Origin: Bugula neritina
Taxonomy: Eukaryota > Animalia > Bryozoa
Length of the DNA stretch: 64,000 nt
NCBI GenBank assembly: GCA_964035545.1
Contig: OZ037766.1
Span: 33,346,773-33,410,772 of the forward strand
Direction of reading: 5' to 3'
Shown here: piece by piece, positions 12,101 through 27,227 of the stretch
Position numbering within the stretch: the stretch's first letter is position 1
Layout: every line of letters begins with the position of its first letter
Program-made: the position numbers and the translations under genes
The notes under the pieces: model-generated
Databases searched by the model: none
The model's input: only the letters and a program-made list of their open reading frames with translations
What the model was told of the DNA's origin: nothing

Positions 12101-15100
12101 TATTATAATATTTTATATTATATTATATTATGTTATACTATATAATATTATATTATATTATGTTATACTATATAATATTATATTATATTGTTTTATACTA
12201 TATTGTATTATATTATATTGTTTTATACTATATTGTATTATATTGTATTGTTTTATACTATATTGTATTATATTATACTCAACTGAATTTATAGCTGCTT
12301 ATATATAAAGATTTTAAAGGCAGAAACCTGCACTTCAAATTCAAACTTTGACACACTGATTTATACTAAAATGGGTATTTGAATAATTTCATAGACACTT
12401 GATATTTTATTTTCTAAAGCTTTGAAACTGCTAGTGAGAATAAATTGATACTGCAGTTCAGGTAAACTCTGTTTATAAACATGGATTGTATACAAGGCAT
12501 GAGTACAATCACTTCATGTAGACATGTATACAACACTGTAACAATAGCCAACTTCAAACATCATTGTTTATTCATTGTTGATAAATTTGTAATTATCCAA
12601 ACTTTGAAAAGGTTCCGCCAATTAGTAAAGACTCTGGCTGTATATTGGCTGAGCACAAAGCCTTGTGCTGGCAGAGTGGTTATACGTGAGTAAATAGGGG
12701 AATAGTATGACAATTTCCATAAGATGAGCAAAGAATTACGTAAGATCTTAGCTATGCCAGCTACAGTCTACTCTGCTCAATAGACTAGTCAAAAGAAGTT
12801 AATAGAGAGCATTTCTCTAAATTAGAATTCATTTTCCAATAATTAAAGTTTGTGGCTGATCAAAATATATGATATTCAGAGAATGCAATACCACTGGCCG
12901 CTGACAGGTTGCTGGCAGGTTGTTAGACGCTCACTAAAAAGATACCTTTGTATAGGTTTTTTTTCCCCTTTCCTTACAGCCTGACGTTTGTTTAGAGAGC
13001 TAAACGTGCACTCAACTATAAATATTTAAATTGATTTGACTGATGATGTAATCATACATAATTTCACTCAAACTCTTAATGGACAGACAGACAGACAGAC
13101 AGACAAAATACCAGCTTGTAATACTTTTAGGATATATGTGTTATATACGAATATATATATAGCGTAATAATGTAGACCACTAATAATATAATATTTCATA
13201 TTAAATCATTAACCATCAAAACCAGCTACACAGCACTACTATATTTATGTTCATGTTCTGCAAATAGTCATGTATACAATTTGTTTTTGACTTTCATGTA
13301 TTTCCGTCATGAATAACAGATGTAAGGAAAATATACCTATTGAAGATACGCAATGCCTCCATTCCACAAGTGCCCCACTTACACTCTGATAAGCTTCAAA
13401 GACAAATGAATACACACGTTATTTAAACAGTTCTGCCGGCACTTTAAAACCTGATAAACTAAACAGTAATTTTCGTGAGAATTTTCTGTCAAGTTTTCTT
13501 ATCAATTGCGTTTATGTTTAGTTCCTTGAAAAAAAACAAAGAATTCAATGATTTCGGGATTATACAGTGGAAATAAATGAAACCATTATTAAGGCATATT
13601 ATTGAGGTTTGAGATGAGAAAAAAATTCTAGTTCAAGTCAATTAAACATTCAGAGACTTTGAAATCTCTGCCGAAAAAAAGTTCTCTTCAATGAGAAATA
13701 ATATTGGAAGAGGATCCAAAAAGTAAAAAGGTTCTATAAATAGTGATTATTACATACAGCTTCAAATTATATATAACATGTTATAGCTAATAATATATTG
13801 TATATTTCATAATATATATAATATATAACATGTTATAGCTAATAACATATTGTATATTTCATAATATATATAATATATAACATGTTATAGCTAATAACAT
13901 ATTGTATATTTCATAATATATATAATATATCTATTGCACGCAGTTCTCTCACCATTAAGTTCTGTGCTATTTAATCCACACTCGCCTACTTTGAAGGGAA
14001 GATACAGTTTGAGGTGCAATTTTGAGAATTCACACTTAAATATGCAGCTTGATGGTGGCAATAAAATAATACGGGCAATAAATTAGACCGATAATCACAT
14101 CATTTTGACTTGTAGCTACCTATTGCTGCGTACAATAAACAAGCATTTTATTGTGCTAAACAGTCTTGGTATATACACAGATTTACCCATTTTATTGGGC
14201 ACTTGAAATGAAAAGTTGTTCAACTGCATAATTAACCGTTTTTATTGGGTTTCGGGAATTACCTTGTTTGAATTTTTGTATCCATATCATAAAATGGGAA
14301 CAGGAATAATGCAACTTTTTATCAACTTGTCAGAATTTTCTAAAATGATTCAAATATATGAACATATACTTTTAAAAATTATGATATAATTGTTATTTAA
14401 TTTTTTGATTTCTATTCTTCGTCTCTACTTTTTGAAAAAAATTTTCAAATAAATAAAATAATAGATATATTACTTTTCATGAGTACAACATGCAGCATAC
14501 TCGAAGAACTACAGGTGAGCCCCTAACAGCCACCCTTTTCCTCCCCCCTAATATATATATAATACTTACAGTTATTAACATAATATATATAATATTTATA
14601 GTTACTTTCATATTATATATAATAGTTACAGTTATTAACATAATATATATAATACTTACAGTTATTATGATATTATATATAATACTTACATCTATTAACA
14701 TATATTATATCTAATACTTACAGTTAATAACATATATTATATATAATACTTACAGTTAATAACATATATTATATATAATACTTACAGTTAATAACATATA
14801 TTATATATAATACTTACAGGTAATAACATATATTATATATATATAATACTCACAGTTATTATTCAGGCTGCTGTTGATCCAGCCAGAGTAGTTTTGACTT
14901 TGCTGCCTCTCTTTCAACATCTCGTCTTCCATGTTATGCTGATGAGTCGTGACCCCTTGACTTCCTGTGGCCATGATGGCGCAGGGCGAGTAGTGAGTTG
15001 CCGGATGACCTTGACTAATGAGGTCATTCTGCGGATGAGTCGGGAAGTAACCCGGATGTTTGTACACAATGTCAGCTGACTCGATGTTAGTTTGATACGG

Positions 15101-15349
15101 CAGCGTATTACTCCAGCCAGAATGGGGGTAGTGAGGAGTGACTGAGTCATCTTTCCCTGACGTCTGCTGCCAGTAAGTTCGGTTATAGTGCTGCTCGTAG
15201 TATCCCGTAGAAGATGTGTCCACCTGAGCAGCTGTCTGGTAGGTGGGGGGTGCGTAGGTCTGAGAGACGCTGTACATGGCTGACGTAGCGTTCCTTGTGT
15301 ACATGCCTGCTGTCTCGTAGTCTATGACTTGCCCCTCGTAGTGCACCAT
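9165..15349 (-). CDS. Cdx: Caudal/Cdx ParaHox homeobox protein
   Basis: Exons 15349-14854, 11110-10965, 9359-9165. Homeodomain [48 protein letters not shown]|[14 protein letters not shown] is diagnostic of Cdx, with the usual intron at Q|V. The Tyr-rich N-terminal exon has a hexapeptide-like YSGW. Confidence 0.97.
9470..10155. repeat. ~28-31-bp minisatellite in Cdx intron 2
   Basis: Unit GGTATCAGGAGCGTATAGTATAGATGAGGGTT-like. Confidence 0.9.
11879..12038 (-). mobile_element. tRNA-derived SINE in Cdx intron 1
   Basis: Minus strand reads GGGCGCAGCCGTAGTCTAGGGGTTAAAGCG (A-box-like) ... GGGTTCGGACCC (B-box-like), then a non-tRNA body, AATAAA and an A10 tail. Confidence 0.75.
14057..14248. promoter_or_regulatory. 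Cluster of six CAATAAA (Cdx/posterior-Hox-type) motifs in Cdx intron 1
   Basis: Motifs at ~14057, 14074, 14132 (+) and 14146, 14190, 14240 (-) in otherwise non-repetitive sequence. Confidence 0.45.
14550..14860. repeat. ~30-bp minisatellite spanning the Cdx exon-1 donor
   Basis: Minus-strand units AATAACT-GTAAGTATTATAT.. copy the true junction AATAACT|GTGAGTATTATAT. Confidence 0.85.
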
Positions 15350-15505
15350 GCTATGTATGATGTGAAGCACTCTTGCTACGTACTTCCACTTCAACTCGTC
15401 TGCAAACCCTCACTGATATCTTCACCAGTATTTATTTGAAAGCAATAAAACAAGCTGGTAAGTCCAGGTAGCGTGTATTGTGAATGGAGGCCGTGTGTGG
15501 GGCAA

Positions 15506-15517
15506 CCCTTTTTATAA
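15506..15517 (-). promoter_or_regulatory. Candidate Cdx TATA box
   Basis: Minus strand TATAAAAAGGG in a GC-richer context ~160 bp upstream of the Cdx ATG. Confidence 0.5.
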
Positions 15518-17402
15518 CTCATCACTGGCTATCGGCGGGTGAGTTTCTGGTGCCAGGGTGACTGTTAGTTAGACCAGAGTGCAGCAATGTATGTTGTAAG
15601 AGTGTCTGGAACATACACCGCCCCTTACTTTATTGCTATTGACATGCATTAGCTAGCTATTTCACTCTACACTCAACGCGCATGTATGTATATTCACAAA
15701 TATGTATATCCACATGTATGTATATTCACAGATGATAAAGATCAAAGAAATACTCAACTAATATCTACGCTGCTCTTGCTTTTGTTTACTTTTAAATGAC
15801 ACATCTAATTTCAATATAGCCTGGGGTCTTATGCTATTCACTAGGTCTAACTTAGGTTGGTTATTAAAGGGTATCAATATCATGATAGCCTTACGCTGAG
15901 TGTAAATGATACACATGCACACTCATTGTTCCAATTATTAGATTATGTCAGAGTTTGCCAACAGAAGTTGTTAGGTCAATCCATTTCTATAATTTACACT
16001 AATCTATACTATACTCTATACTCTATACTATACTCTATACCTCTATACTCTATACTATATGCTATATACTATACTATACTCTATACTCTATAGTATATAC
16101 TCTATACTCTATACTATACTCTATACTATACTATACTATATACTATACTATATACTCTATACTATACTACACTCTATACTCTACATTCTACACTATATAC
16201 TATATACTATACTCTATACTATATTACACTATATACTTTACACTCTACACTATATACTATATACTATGCTTTCAGCTCAGATAAATTAACTAGTTTTGAT
16301 GAAGCCATAGTATATTTTAACCTCATAAGTTGACAAAATTAATAAAATTTGGTTTCTTTGCTGAAAGTATAGCCCAGTACTTGATTAAAGTGTTTCTCAA
16401 AGCTGCTTATATTGTTGCTCTTTCTATTAATAGACCAAGATATTGCTACTATAGAGTGCTACCTATCTTTATCAAAATATCCATTATTTGTTTATGATGC
16501 TCATAAAAATGTTACCTCTACTTTAGCTCCTGCACTATGTTATAATTCACAATTAAGTATGTTCTAATTATTCACCATGGAAATGTTTTTAATTTGTAGC
16601 AGTTGTTTAGTTTTCTCATGTTACTAGAATTTCTACACAGGTTATGAGACTTGAAAGAGTGTATCACTTCCTTCTTAACAACTTATTATACCTACCCAAA
16701 CTTGTTACATAACAGTTATCATACTTTTGATACTTCTTAGTGATTCACACAATTGCCAACTTGTCATCAACTTGACACTATAGGGATACTGTTTGGTGTA
16801 TAAACAGCTCAGAATAAGACCAAGTTTTTCTGAAGCACAACTTTTGTTCAAAAATTTCACACGCTCAGTCATATCTTCTCGTGCAGACAGTCATCCTAGC
16901 CTAGACTAGAGACCTGTCCCAAGTGTGTATGGCAGTTGTGGAGACTTGAAAGAGCCCACCTCAAGGCGGAGTCCTTAGGAGGTGCTGAGGCTATGTTGAA
17001 ACAGACAGTAATAAAGCCATAATTGTGCAACAGTATATAAGAGAAGGAACATGATATGCCTTGCAGTCTTGATAGCGGGATATGGTGATGCGTCTATGCG
17101 CCGTCTTGTATCTACTACCTTTAGTCACTAGACACGTGTATATCTATTTCAAAGTTAAATTTTTAAAGATTCACTAAATGAATTAAATTTCAATGATCTG
17201 ATGAATTTGAGGCTTGTGTGAATTTATCTCATATAGCCTTGGAGATATTTTTAGAATAAATGCAAAGACAATAGTAATAATAGCTGTGAATTTGTAAAGC
17301 ATTTGCTGTGACTATACACAAATATATGACGCTTGAGAAAACTAAGAGCTATGAGTAATTGAAAGGAGCTGTTAAACCTCTTTTATACACACACTCACAC
17401 AC

Positions 17403-19660
<2,258 letters not shown>

Positions 19661-19674
19661 ACATCTATAAAAGC

Positions 19675-22600
19675 TCATTTAATTGACTCGTAGATGTGAC
19701 TGTCTCGACTTTCTAGCGATAAGTCTACAGGTTTCAGTTCAGCTAGTCGTGGTTCCTGCCTCTTGTCTTCACTGATATTGTTGGCTGGCAGTAAATAGTC
19801 CTCTTCTCCGTCTATGGTTTCTAGACTACTTCGTGCACCTGGCCCTCCATGCCCTCCATGCCCTCCATGCTCTCCCTGCTCTACCTGCTCCTGCTGTCTG
19901 TTAGATGGTGGAAGATTTATTTCTGTTTCAGTTTTACTCTTTGTTATGATATCGTCCTTTATAGTAGAGTCTTCATTTTGTGGTTTAATATTCTTTATAA
20001 TGTTTTTATCTTTAAAAAGCTTTTTGTCAGGTTTCTGCTTAGTATTTGAGTGAAAGGGCCCTGGCACATAAATGTTAGTAGCTGCACTACCTGGTTCACC
20101 TGCATTACTAGGTTTACCTGCATTACTAGGTTTACCTGCATTACTAGGTTTACCTGCATTACTAGGTTTACCTGCATTACCAGGTTCACCTGCGTTACCA
20201 GCATCTTCATCAGATGTGGACGCAGACGGCAAGGAGTGGATGTCACTGCCTAAGGACTTAGGGGGTACACCAGGTGGAGTGCCCCTCTGAGGTTGTAGAT
20301 AGTTTTCTACTGGCTTCTCATTCTCATAGCACAAATCCGGCTCTGAATCTGAGTCAGAGTCGAATATCCGCAGATCCAGGTGAGAGTTGTGGTCTGCCAG
20401 GTTTTCCGGGGGATTCACATACACGGCAACCAATCCCTGGTCCTCGTCATCTTGTGAAGCTTTGTCAGTTGTGGCTTCTGGCATCGGGTTCATGACCAGG
20501 TAGTCGTGTGCTGCTTCTGCTCCTTGAGGAAACACTTTGGTGTAGCCATCTTGATCTTGATCTAGTAAGTAAATATGAGTCCATGAGTCACTGTGAGTCA
20601 CTGTAAGTTACTGTGAGTCACTGTGAGTCACTATGAGTCACTGTGAGTCACTGCGAGTCACTATGAGTCACTGCGAGTACCGTACATGTTTGCAGGTATT
20701 AGCTGGATTCAGTAACATCTAAGTTAGTAGAATCTATAACTCAGCACCATCGGCCTTGTATAGTAATATAGTAATATAATAATATAGTAATACAGTACTA
20801 CAGTAATATAGTATTATAGTAATATAGTAATACAGTAATACAGTAACACAATAATACAGTAATACAGTAATACAGTAATATAGTAATATAGTAATATAGT
20901 AATATAGTAATACAGTACTACAGTAATATAGTAATATAGTAATATAGGAATAGTGAGATATATACTATATACACTACTATATAATAATAGAGTAGTAATT
21001 GTGAATTAGTACGCACCTCGTTTCCTCCTTTTGCATTTTATGCAAAAGACAACCAAACCCAAAACAATTCCTAGCACAACTAGCACAGGCACAACTATAA
21101 GTGCAACTAATTCTGATGTGGTGAGACCGACCCATGTGATGAGCCAGGTGAAAGAGACCTCTTTACCTGCAAATGTTTAATAAAACGAAAATCATGCACC
21201 TGAGTACATTATTACATGAGAGCATATCAGATATAATACATAGTAGCTATGTACACTCTACAGAAACTAAACACAAAACATAGAGTAATATAATATAATA
21301 TACTGAGTGATGTAATATATTATACTGAGTAATATAATATAATATACTGAGTTATATAATATAATATACTGAGTAATATAATATAATATACTGAGTTATA
21401 TTATATAATATACTGAGTAATATAATATAATATACTGAGTTATATAATATAATATACTGAGTAATATAATATAATATACTGAGTAATATAATATAATATA
21501 CTGAGTTATATTATATAATATACTGAGTAATATAATATAATATACTGAGTTATATAATATAATATACTGAGTTATATAATATAATATACTGAGTAATGTA
21601 ATATATTATACTGAGTTAGTAGTGGTACGCGTCTCGCACTCACCAACACCGTTGTTAGCAATACAAGAGACGTTCACAATAACTTGCTGCCCTATAAACT
21701 TCACAATCTGGGTGTCTGAGGTACCAATGCGTGCTTCATCTCCTATAAATTTCCAGCTGAAGTTCTGGGGTGAAGGTCGACCAATTATGTGCTCCGAGCA
21801 TACCAAGCTGTGTTTCTTATATCTCTGTAGCTTCTCATGAACCTCTGGTTCATTCACTAGGTCAAGGTCTGGGAATATGAACAGAAATAAAATAAAACAA
21901 CCAGAATCATCTCACATCTAATCTGTAGTAAAACACACAAATGATGACAAAGCCTGCAGAAATAGTATTTTCCTTAATTTTATATATTTTACTTTTAGCA
22001 TCAAACATGCGATTCAAATAGTAAAACAAGTGGGGCATCCGTGAAGCCTTCCCTGCAGTTGCATAGGTGAAAGTTGAAAGAAACCGACTTACAGCTAGGG
22101 AAGACCTTTCTATTCAAGTAAGTATTTCCTCCTTTCCAAGTAGAATGTACAGTGTCTTCACACGATAGCATAACTCCTTCTCTGTTCGCTTTCTCCAGTG
22201 TAAAACTTGGATTTACTTCCTTTCCATTGACCTCTACAGAATATATGATATCTCAGTGCTATATACTCTCTACACTCACTGTATATACTCTCTACACTCA
22301 CTGTATATACTCTCTACACTCACTGTATATACTCTCTACACTCACTGTATATACTCTCTACACTCACTGTATATACTCTCTACACTCACTGTATATACTC
22401 TCTACACTCACTGTATATACTCTCTACACTCACTGTATATACTCTCTACACTCACTGTATATACTCTCTACACTCACTGTATATACTCTCTACACTCACT
22501 GTATATACTCTCTACACTCACTGTATATACTCTCTACACTCACTGTATATACTCTCTACACTCACTGTATATACTCTCTACACTCACTGTATATACTCTC

Positions 22601-23895
22601 TACACTCACTGTATATACTCTCTACACTCACTGTATATACTCTCTACACTCACTGTATATACTCTCTACACTCACTGTATATACTCTCTACACTCACTGT
22701 ATATACTCTCTACACTCACTGTATATACTCTCTACACTCACTGTATATACTCTCTACACTCACTGTATATACTCTCTACACTCACTGTATATACTCTCTA
22801 CACTCACTGTATATACTCTCTGCACTCACTGTATATGTATTTAGACTCAGGGTCAGAAGCCTCAGACTGGCAGCTAAAGTTCAATTCTCTCCCTTCTTCA
22901 ACTTGTGAAGGATTCAACAGCATTGTGAGATTGGCTGGAGCAACTGAAAGGAGAGCAGACACATGTTGTGTGCATTTACCTCACCCCCTTTCTCTTAAAT
23001 ATACGTATAGTACATAGTAAAGCATAAGTATAGTATATAGTATAGTATATAGTATAGTATATAGTATAGCATATAGTATAGCATATAGCATAGTATATAG
23101 CATATAGTATAGCATATAGTATAGCATATAGCATAGTATAGTATAGTATATAGTCTATAGTATAACATAAAGTATAGTATATAGCATATAGTATAGCATA
23201 TAGTATAGCATACAGTATAGTATAGTGTAGTATAGTATAGCATGCAGTATAACATATAGTATAGTATATAGTATATAGTATAGTATAGTATAGCATGCAG
23301 TATAGCATGTAGTATAGCATATAGTATAACATATAGTATAGTATATAGCATAGTATAGCATATAGTATAGCATGTAGTATAGCATGTAGTGTAGCATAGT
23401 ATAGCATAGTATAGCATAGTATAGCATACCTCTTAAACCACCATCTTCCAGATCTGTGTCCTCAGAGTAGTAATGAACTCCGACACTGTCATTGGCAGAG
23501 CATGTGAACTTTCCAGCAGCTGACCTGTTTGTGATTTTTATTATTGTGGAGTAGACAAAGCCCTGAGTCCTACCAACAGAGGCGCAGTCTGAGGGCGGTG
23601 TAGGGGCAGTATCAACTATACCCGCTTCAGTTTTACCAAGGGTTGAGGGGATGGGGTACCAGAAGCTGTTGTTCAAGTAGCACCCCGTCTCGAAAACACC
23701 ACCATTCTTCTCGGAGAACTGGAAGGCAACCTCTGTTATCCCTGAGAGTTGAGTGAAGTCGCACGAGAAAGTTATGTTGGTGTGGAGGTAGAAGTTCTTG
23801 TCTCCCAGACTAGTGTAGGTGAGGGAAGGTTGGATTTTACTCTCAGTCACTATAATTATGGACAGCCAAAATATTCCAGTTAAATGTGTCCTCAT
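19675..23895 (-). CDS. Type I transmembrane Ig-superfamily receptor (atypical V-like + two C/I-like domains, TM, ~295-aa tyrosine-motif tail)
   Basis: Exons 23895-23430, 22943-22830, 22233-22093, 21868-21644, 21166-21017, 20561-19675; all introns phase 1 and in frame. Signal peptide MRTHLTGIFWLSIIIVTES; Ig Cys pairs ITFSC..GKFTCSA, LNFSC..MLSC, LVC..VSCIANNGVG; TM LVALIVVPVLVVLGIVLGLVVFCI followed by KCKRRKR. Confidence 0.85.
22260..22836. repeat. 22-bp minisatellite of donor copies (~26 units)
   Basis: Minus-strand unit ATATACA|GTGAGTGTAGAGAGT reproduces the exon end and donor at 22830/22829. Confidence 0.93.
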
Positions 23896-24272
23896 TCTAA
23901 AACATAAATTAAATAAAACACTTGTATTAAGGCACTGCTTGTTTACAGTAAGTGACTATATATATACTATATACAGTTGGCTTACTTACAGTAAGTGACT
24001 ATATACATACAATAATATAGCTTACTTACTTACTTACATTATAATATACTAATTTTCATGATGCTGTTTTAAGTGTTGATATATAAATAGTATATTCCTA
24101 TATTCTTATTATAATGCCCTGCATTTACAATGTTCAAGTATATAGCATATGTTATTTCACATCTATTTCACTATTACGTTGCAAAAGAATTTGATATAAA
24201 AGTAGATGTAAGCTGAATAGGCTTCTGGCATATTTTATTGTAATGCATGATTTATGGAAGTTCTATAAATAA

Positions 24273-24925
24273 TACCAATACACTGTAGCTACACAGTATT
24301 AACAATACACTACACTGTAGCTACACAGTATTAACAATACACTACACTGTAGCTACACAGTATTAACAATACACTACACTGTAGCTACACAGTATTAACA
24401 ATACACAACACTGTAGCTACACAGTATTAACAATATACTACACTGTAGCTACACAGTATTAACAATACACAACACTGTAGCTACACAGTACTAACAATAC
24501 ACAACACTGTAGCTACACAGTATTAACAATACACTTCACTGTAGCTACACCGTATTAACAATACACTACACTGTAGCTACACAGTATTAACAATACACTA
24601 CACTGTAGCTACACAGTATTAACAATACACTACACTGTAGCTACACAGTATTAACAATACACTACACTGTAGCTACACAGTATTAACAATACACTACACT
24701 GTAGCTACACAGTATTAACAATACACTACACTGTAGCTACACAGTATTAACAATACACTACACTGTAGCTACACAGTATTAACAATACACTACACTGTAG
24801 CTACACAGTATTAACAATACACTACACTGTAGCTACACAGTATTAACAATACAATACACTGTAGCTACACAGTATTAACAATACACTACACTGTAGCTAC
24901 ACAGTATTAACAATACAATACACTA
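24273..24925. repeat. ~32-bp minisatellite (~20 copies)
   Basis: Unit ACACTGTAGCTACACAGTATTAACAATACACT; contains the imperfect hairpin ACTGTAGCTACACAGT. Confidence 0.92.
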
Positions 24926-25872
24926 CACAGATCAGTCATCAAAACTCCTCCGACTATTTGACCTTCTATCAAGGAAGGGGCTAGTCACCATCAAGGAAAT
25001 TAGTTTAAGATGTTTAGCTACTCCTTTCACAGTGAAATGTAAAACGTTATACAATAACTTTCTGTTGGTATTAGATTTCCATTCATGTTAAGTATTCTAC
25101 CATAATGTACATGTGACTAGCATCAAGAGCTTCTAGAGTGAGGGCTCCATTATCAGTGTACTGAGTTGAGTTACAGTATATACTCCCTCAAACCAACATC
25201 ATTATGTGAGTCAAAGACTTGAATAGAACCAGTAGCTATATATGACCAACACAGTCATACGGTATATTATTATACAGTATTATATGACCAACACAGTCAT
25301 ACGGTATATTATTATACAGTATTATATGACCAACACAGTCATACGGTATATTATTATACAGTATTATATGACCAACACAGTCATACGGTATATTACTATA
25401 CAGTATTATATGACCAACACAGCCATGTAGTAGGGTTTGGTAGAGGAAAGTATAGTAGTGCAAGGGTTGAGTCTGAAGCTGCATTATTTTGAGGCCTAAA
25501 TTCAGCACCCAGTAAAGGCACATATTATTCTCAAAGCCTGAATAACTTGGTAATGCTGCAGCATGCCTGCTAATGATAGCGGTGATGTAATAATATACAA
25601 CTATATACAATATATAGCAGTATAATCTACAACTATACAGTATAACAGTACAATATACAACTATACAGTATAACAGTATAATCTGCAACTATACAGTATC
25701 ACAGTATAATATACAACTATACAGTATATATAGCAGCATAATATACAACTATACTGTATAGCAGCATAATATACAACTATACAGTATAACAGTATAATAT
25801 ACAACTATACAGTATAGCAGTGTAATATACAACTATACTGTAAATGTCAACTTAGTACAACATGATCATATA

Positions 25873-27186
25873 GGGGTAACGGGGGGGGGGGGGGGGCACA
25901 ACGGGCCGAATTTTACATTTGTTGCTCTTATTCGTCTGTTTTTCAAGTTACTAGTTCAATAATCTCTAGTCTTAATGCTGCATATGTTGTCTATTACAGG
26001 TACCAGTTTGTTGTTTCTATCTCTCACACAACTTTCAGAATAATGAAATTTTCATGACGAAAAAATTGGCCCATTGTGCCCCGGTACCGGGGTACAATGG
26101 GCCACTGGGTGGGACACAACAAATATATTGAAATTTTGCGAATTTTGCTACATCTGATCTTTATTTATTTATTATTACAAATAAATAAAGATACTCTTTC
26201 AGATCTACAGCAAAATTCATGTTATAGCTGTACAATTTGTGCCACTATGGATAGCAGAGGAAGGCAAAATCAAACGCACGTCACTCGGTTCTGCAGTGCC
26301 ATTATCATTACTGTTTAAAACTAAAAATGTTCTCTTATTTTCACCTCAGAGGAACGTTTATCAAAAAAAACTTTAGTAACATGTACTACAAAATTGCGAG
26401 TGGCCTTTTTTCTATGAACTGTAGCTAAGGTGCATGGCTGAGGTTTGTGATTGGAGTACGGAAGGGAGAGAGGGGAGCAAATGAGCAAATCACAATTTAT
26501 TTTAGTCAAATACACGTATATTCCCTCAATGGTGTAATATATAATGAATATCATGACTATCTACTAGTAGCAAGTAGCAACAGCAGAGTGTTTTGTATTA
26601 TCTATAAAATGGCAAAGCTTTAACCTCACCAGATGTATATATTAGGGAAGCTTCAACTTTTAGTTTTGTAGTCTTACCATGATGTCTTTGATATTTTACA
26701 AAAAGGTTAGAAATGGCTATATCTATAAATTTTAGTAACATTTCAATCAACTTTTTGGGCAAATAAACTAATAACAGTAATCAGGGTGCAATGATCAGGT
26801 GGCCCATTGTGCCCCGGTCAGCGTGGCCCATTGTGCCCCGTGTGGCCAAACTGAACATAAATGTGCCTCAAGGAAAATTTATTTCAGAGTTTGCTGTTAT
26901 ACTAATTAAGCAATGTAGAGACAAGCAATGGCAACAATATCAGTAAAATATAGGCTTCTTGCCTTTGAGTGTAAAAAGTTATAAAGCTTTAACGACATCC
27001 TAAAAAATTTACAAAAAGTAGGTAAAAACAGTTTTTTACTCGCCTTTTCAACATGTATGTTCCGCAAGTGTTGAAACTACAAAGGCTGAATAATTATGTC
27101 AATATCTTTTTATGAAACAAAAATAACAACTCTAAGTCAATAAGTTCTCTCATAATTTGGCCGGCTTTTTGTACCCCTATGACCGT

Positions 27187-27219
<33 letters not shown>

Positions 27220-27227
27220 GTTACCCC
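25873..27227. mobile_element. Non-autonomous TIR DNA transposon (Tc1/mariner-pogo-like MITE), copy A
   Basis: TIRs GGGGTAAC(G)nCACAACGG ... CCGTTGTG(C)nGTTACCCC flanked by TA (25871-72, 27228-29). No transposase ORF. Colinear with the reverse complement of 47114-48418. Confidence 0.92.

Noticed and set aside
14495-14550. Possible extra Cdx exon encoding [12 protein letters not shown]
   Set aside because: No phase-compatible donor found to join it to the homeobox exon.
16860-17130. GC-richer island upstream of Cdx, possibly a TE fragment or exon
   Set aside because: No ORF, termini or second copy in the window to support any call.
20660-20760. Possible small exon between the TM and tail exons of the Ig receptor
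   Set aside because: Candidate frames contain stops or end in an incompatible phase; direct splicing is already in frame.
19675-23895. Ig receptor as a relic of the PDGFR/VEGFR/FLT3 kinases that flank vertebrate ParaHox clusters
   Set aside because: No kinase domain, only three Ig-like domains and no recognisable family signature; position next to Cdx alone is insufficient.
24273-24925. CRISPR-like appearance of 29-50-bp repeat arrays (also 18938-19320, 38339-39523)
   Set aside because: Units are contiguous with no unique spacers, there are no cas genes, and the context is eukaryotic.
26076-26554. Short ORFs inside the TIR elements (also 47373-48370) as transposase remnants
   Set aside because: No DDE or HTH motifs recognised, and the frames are not consistently preserved between the two copies.
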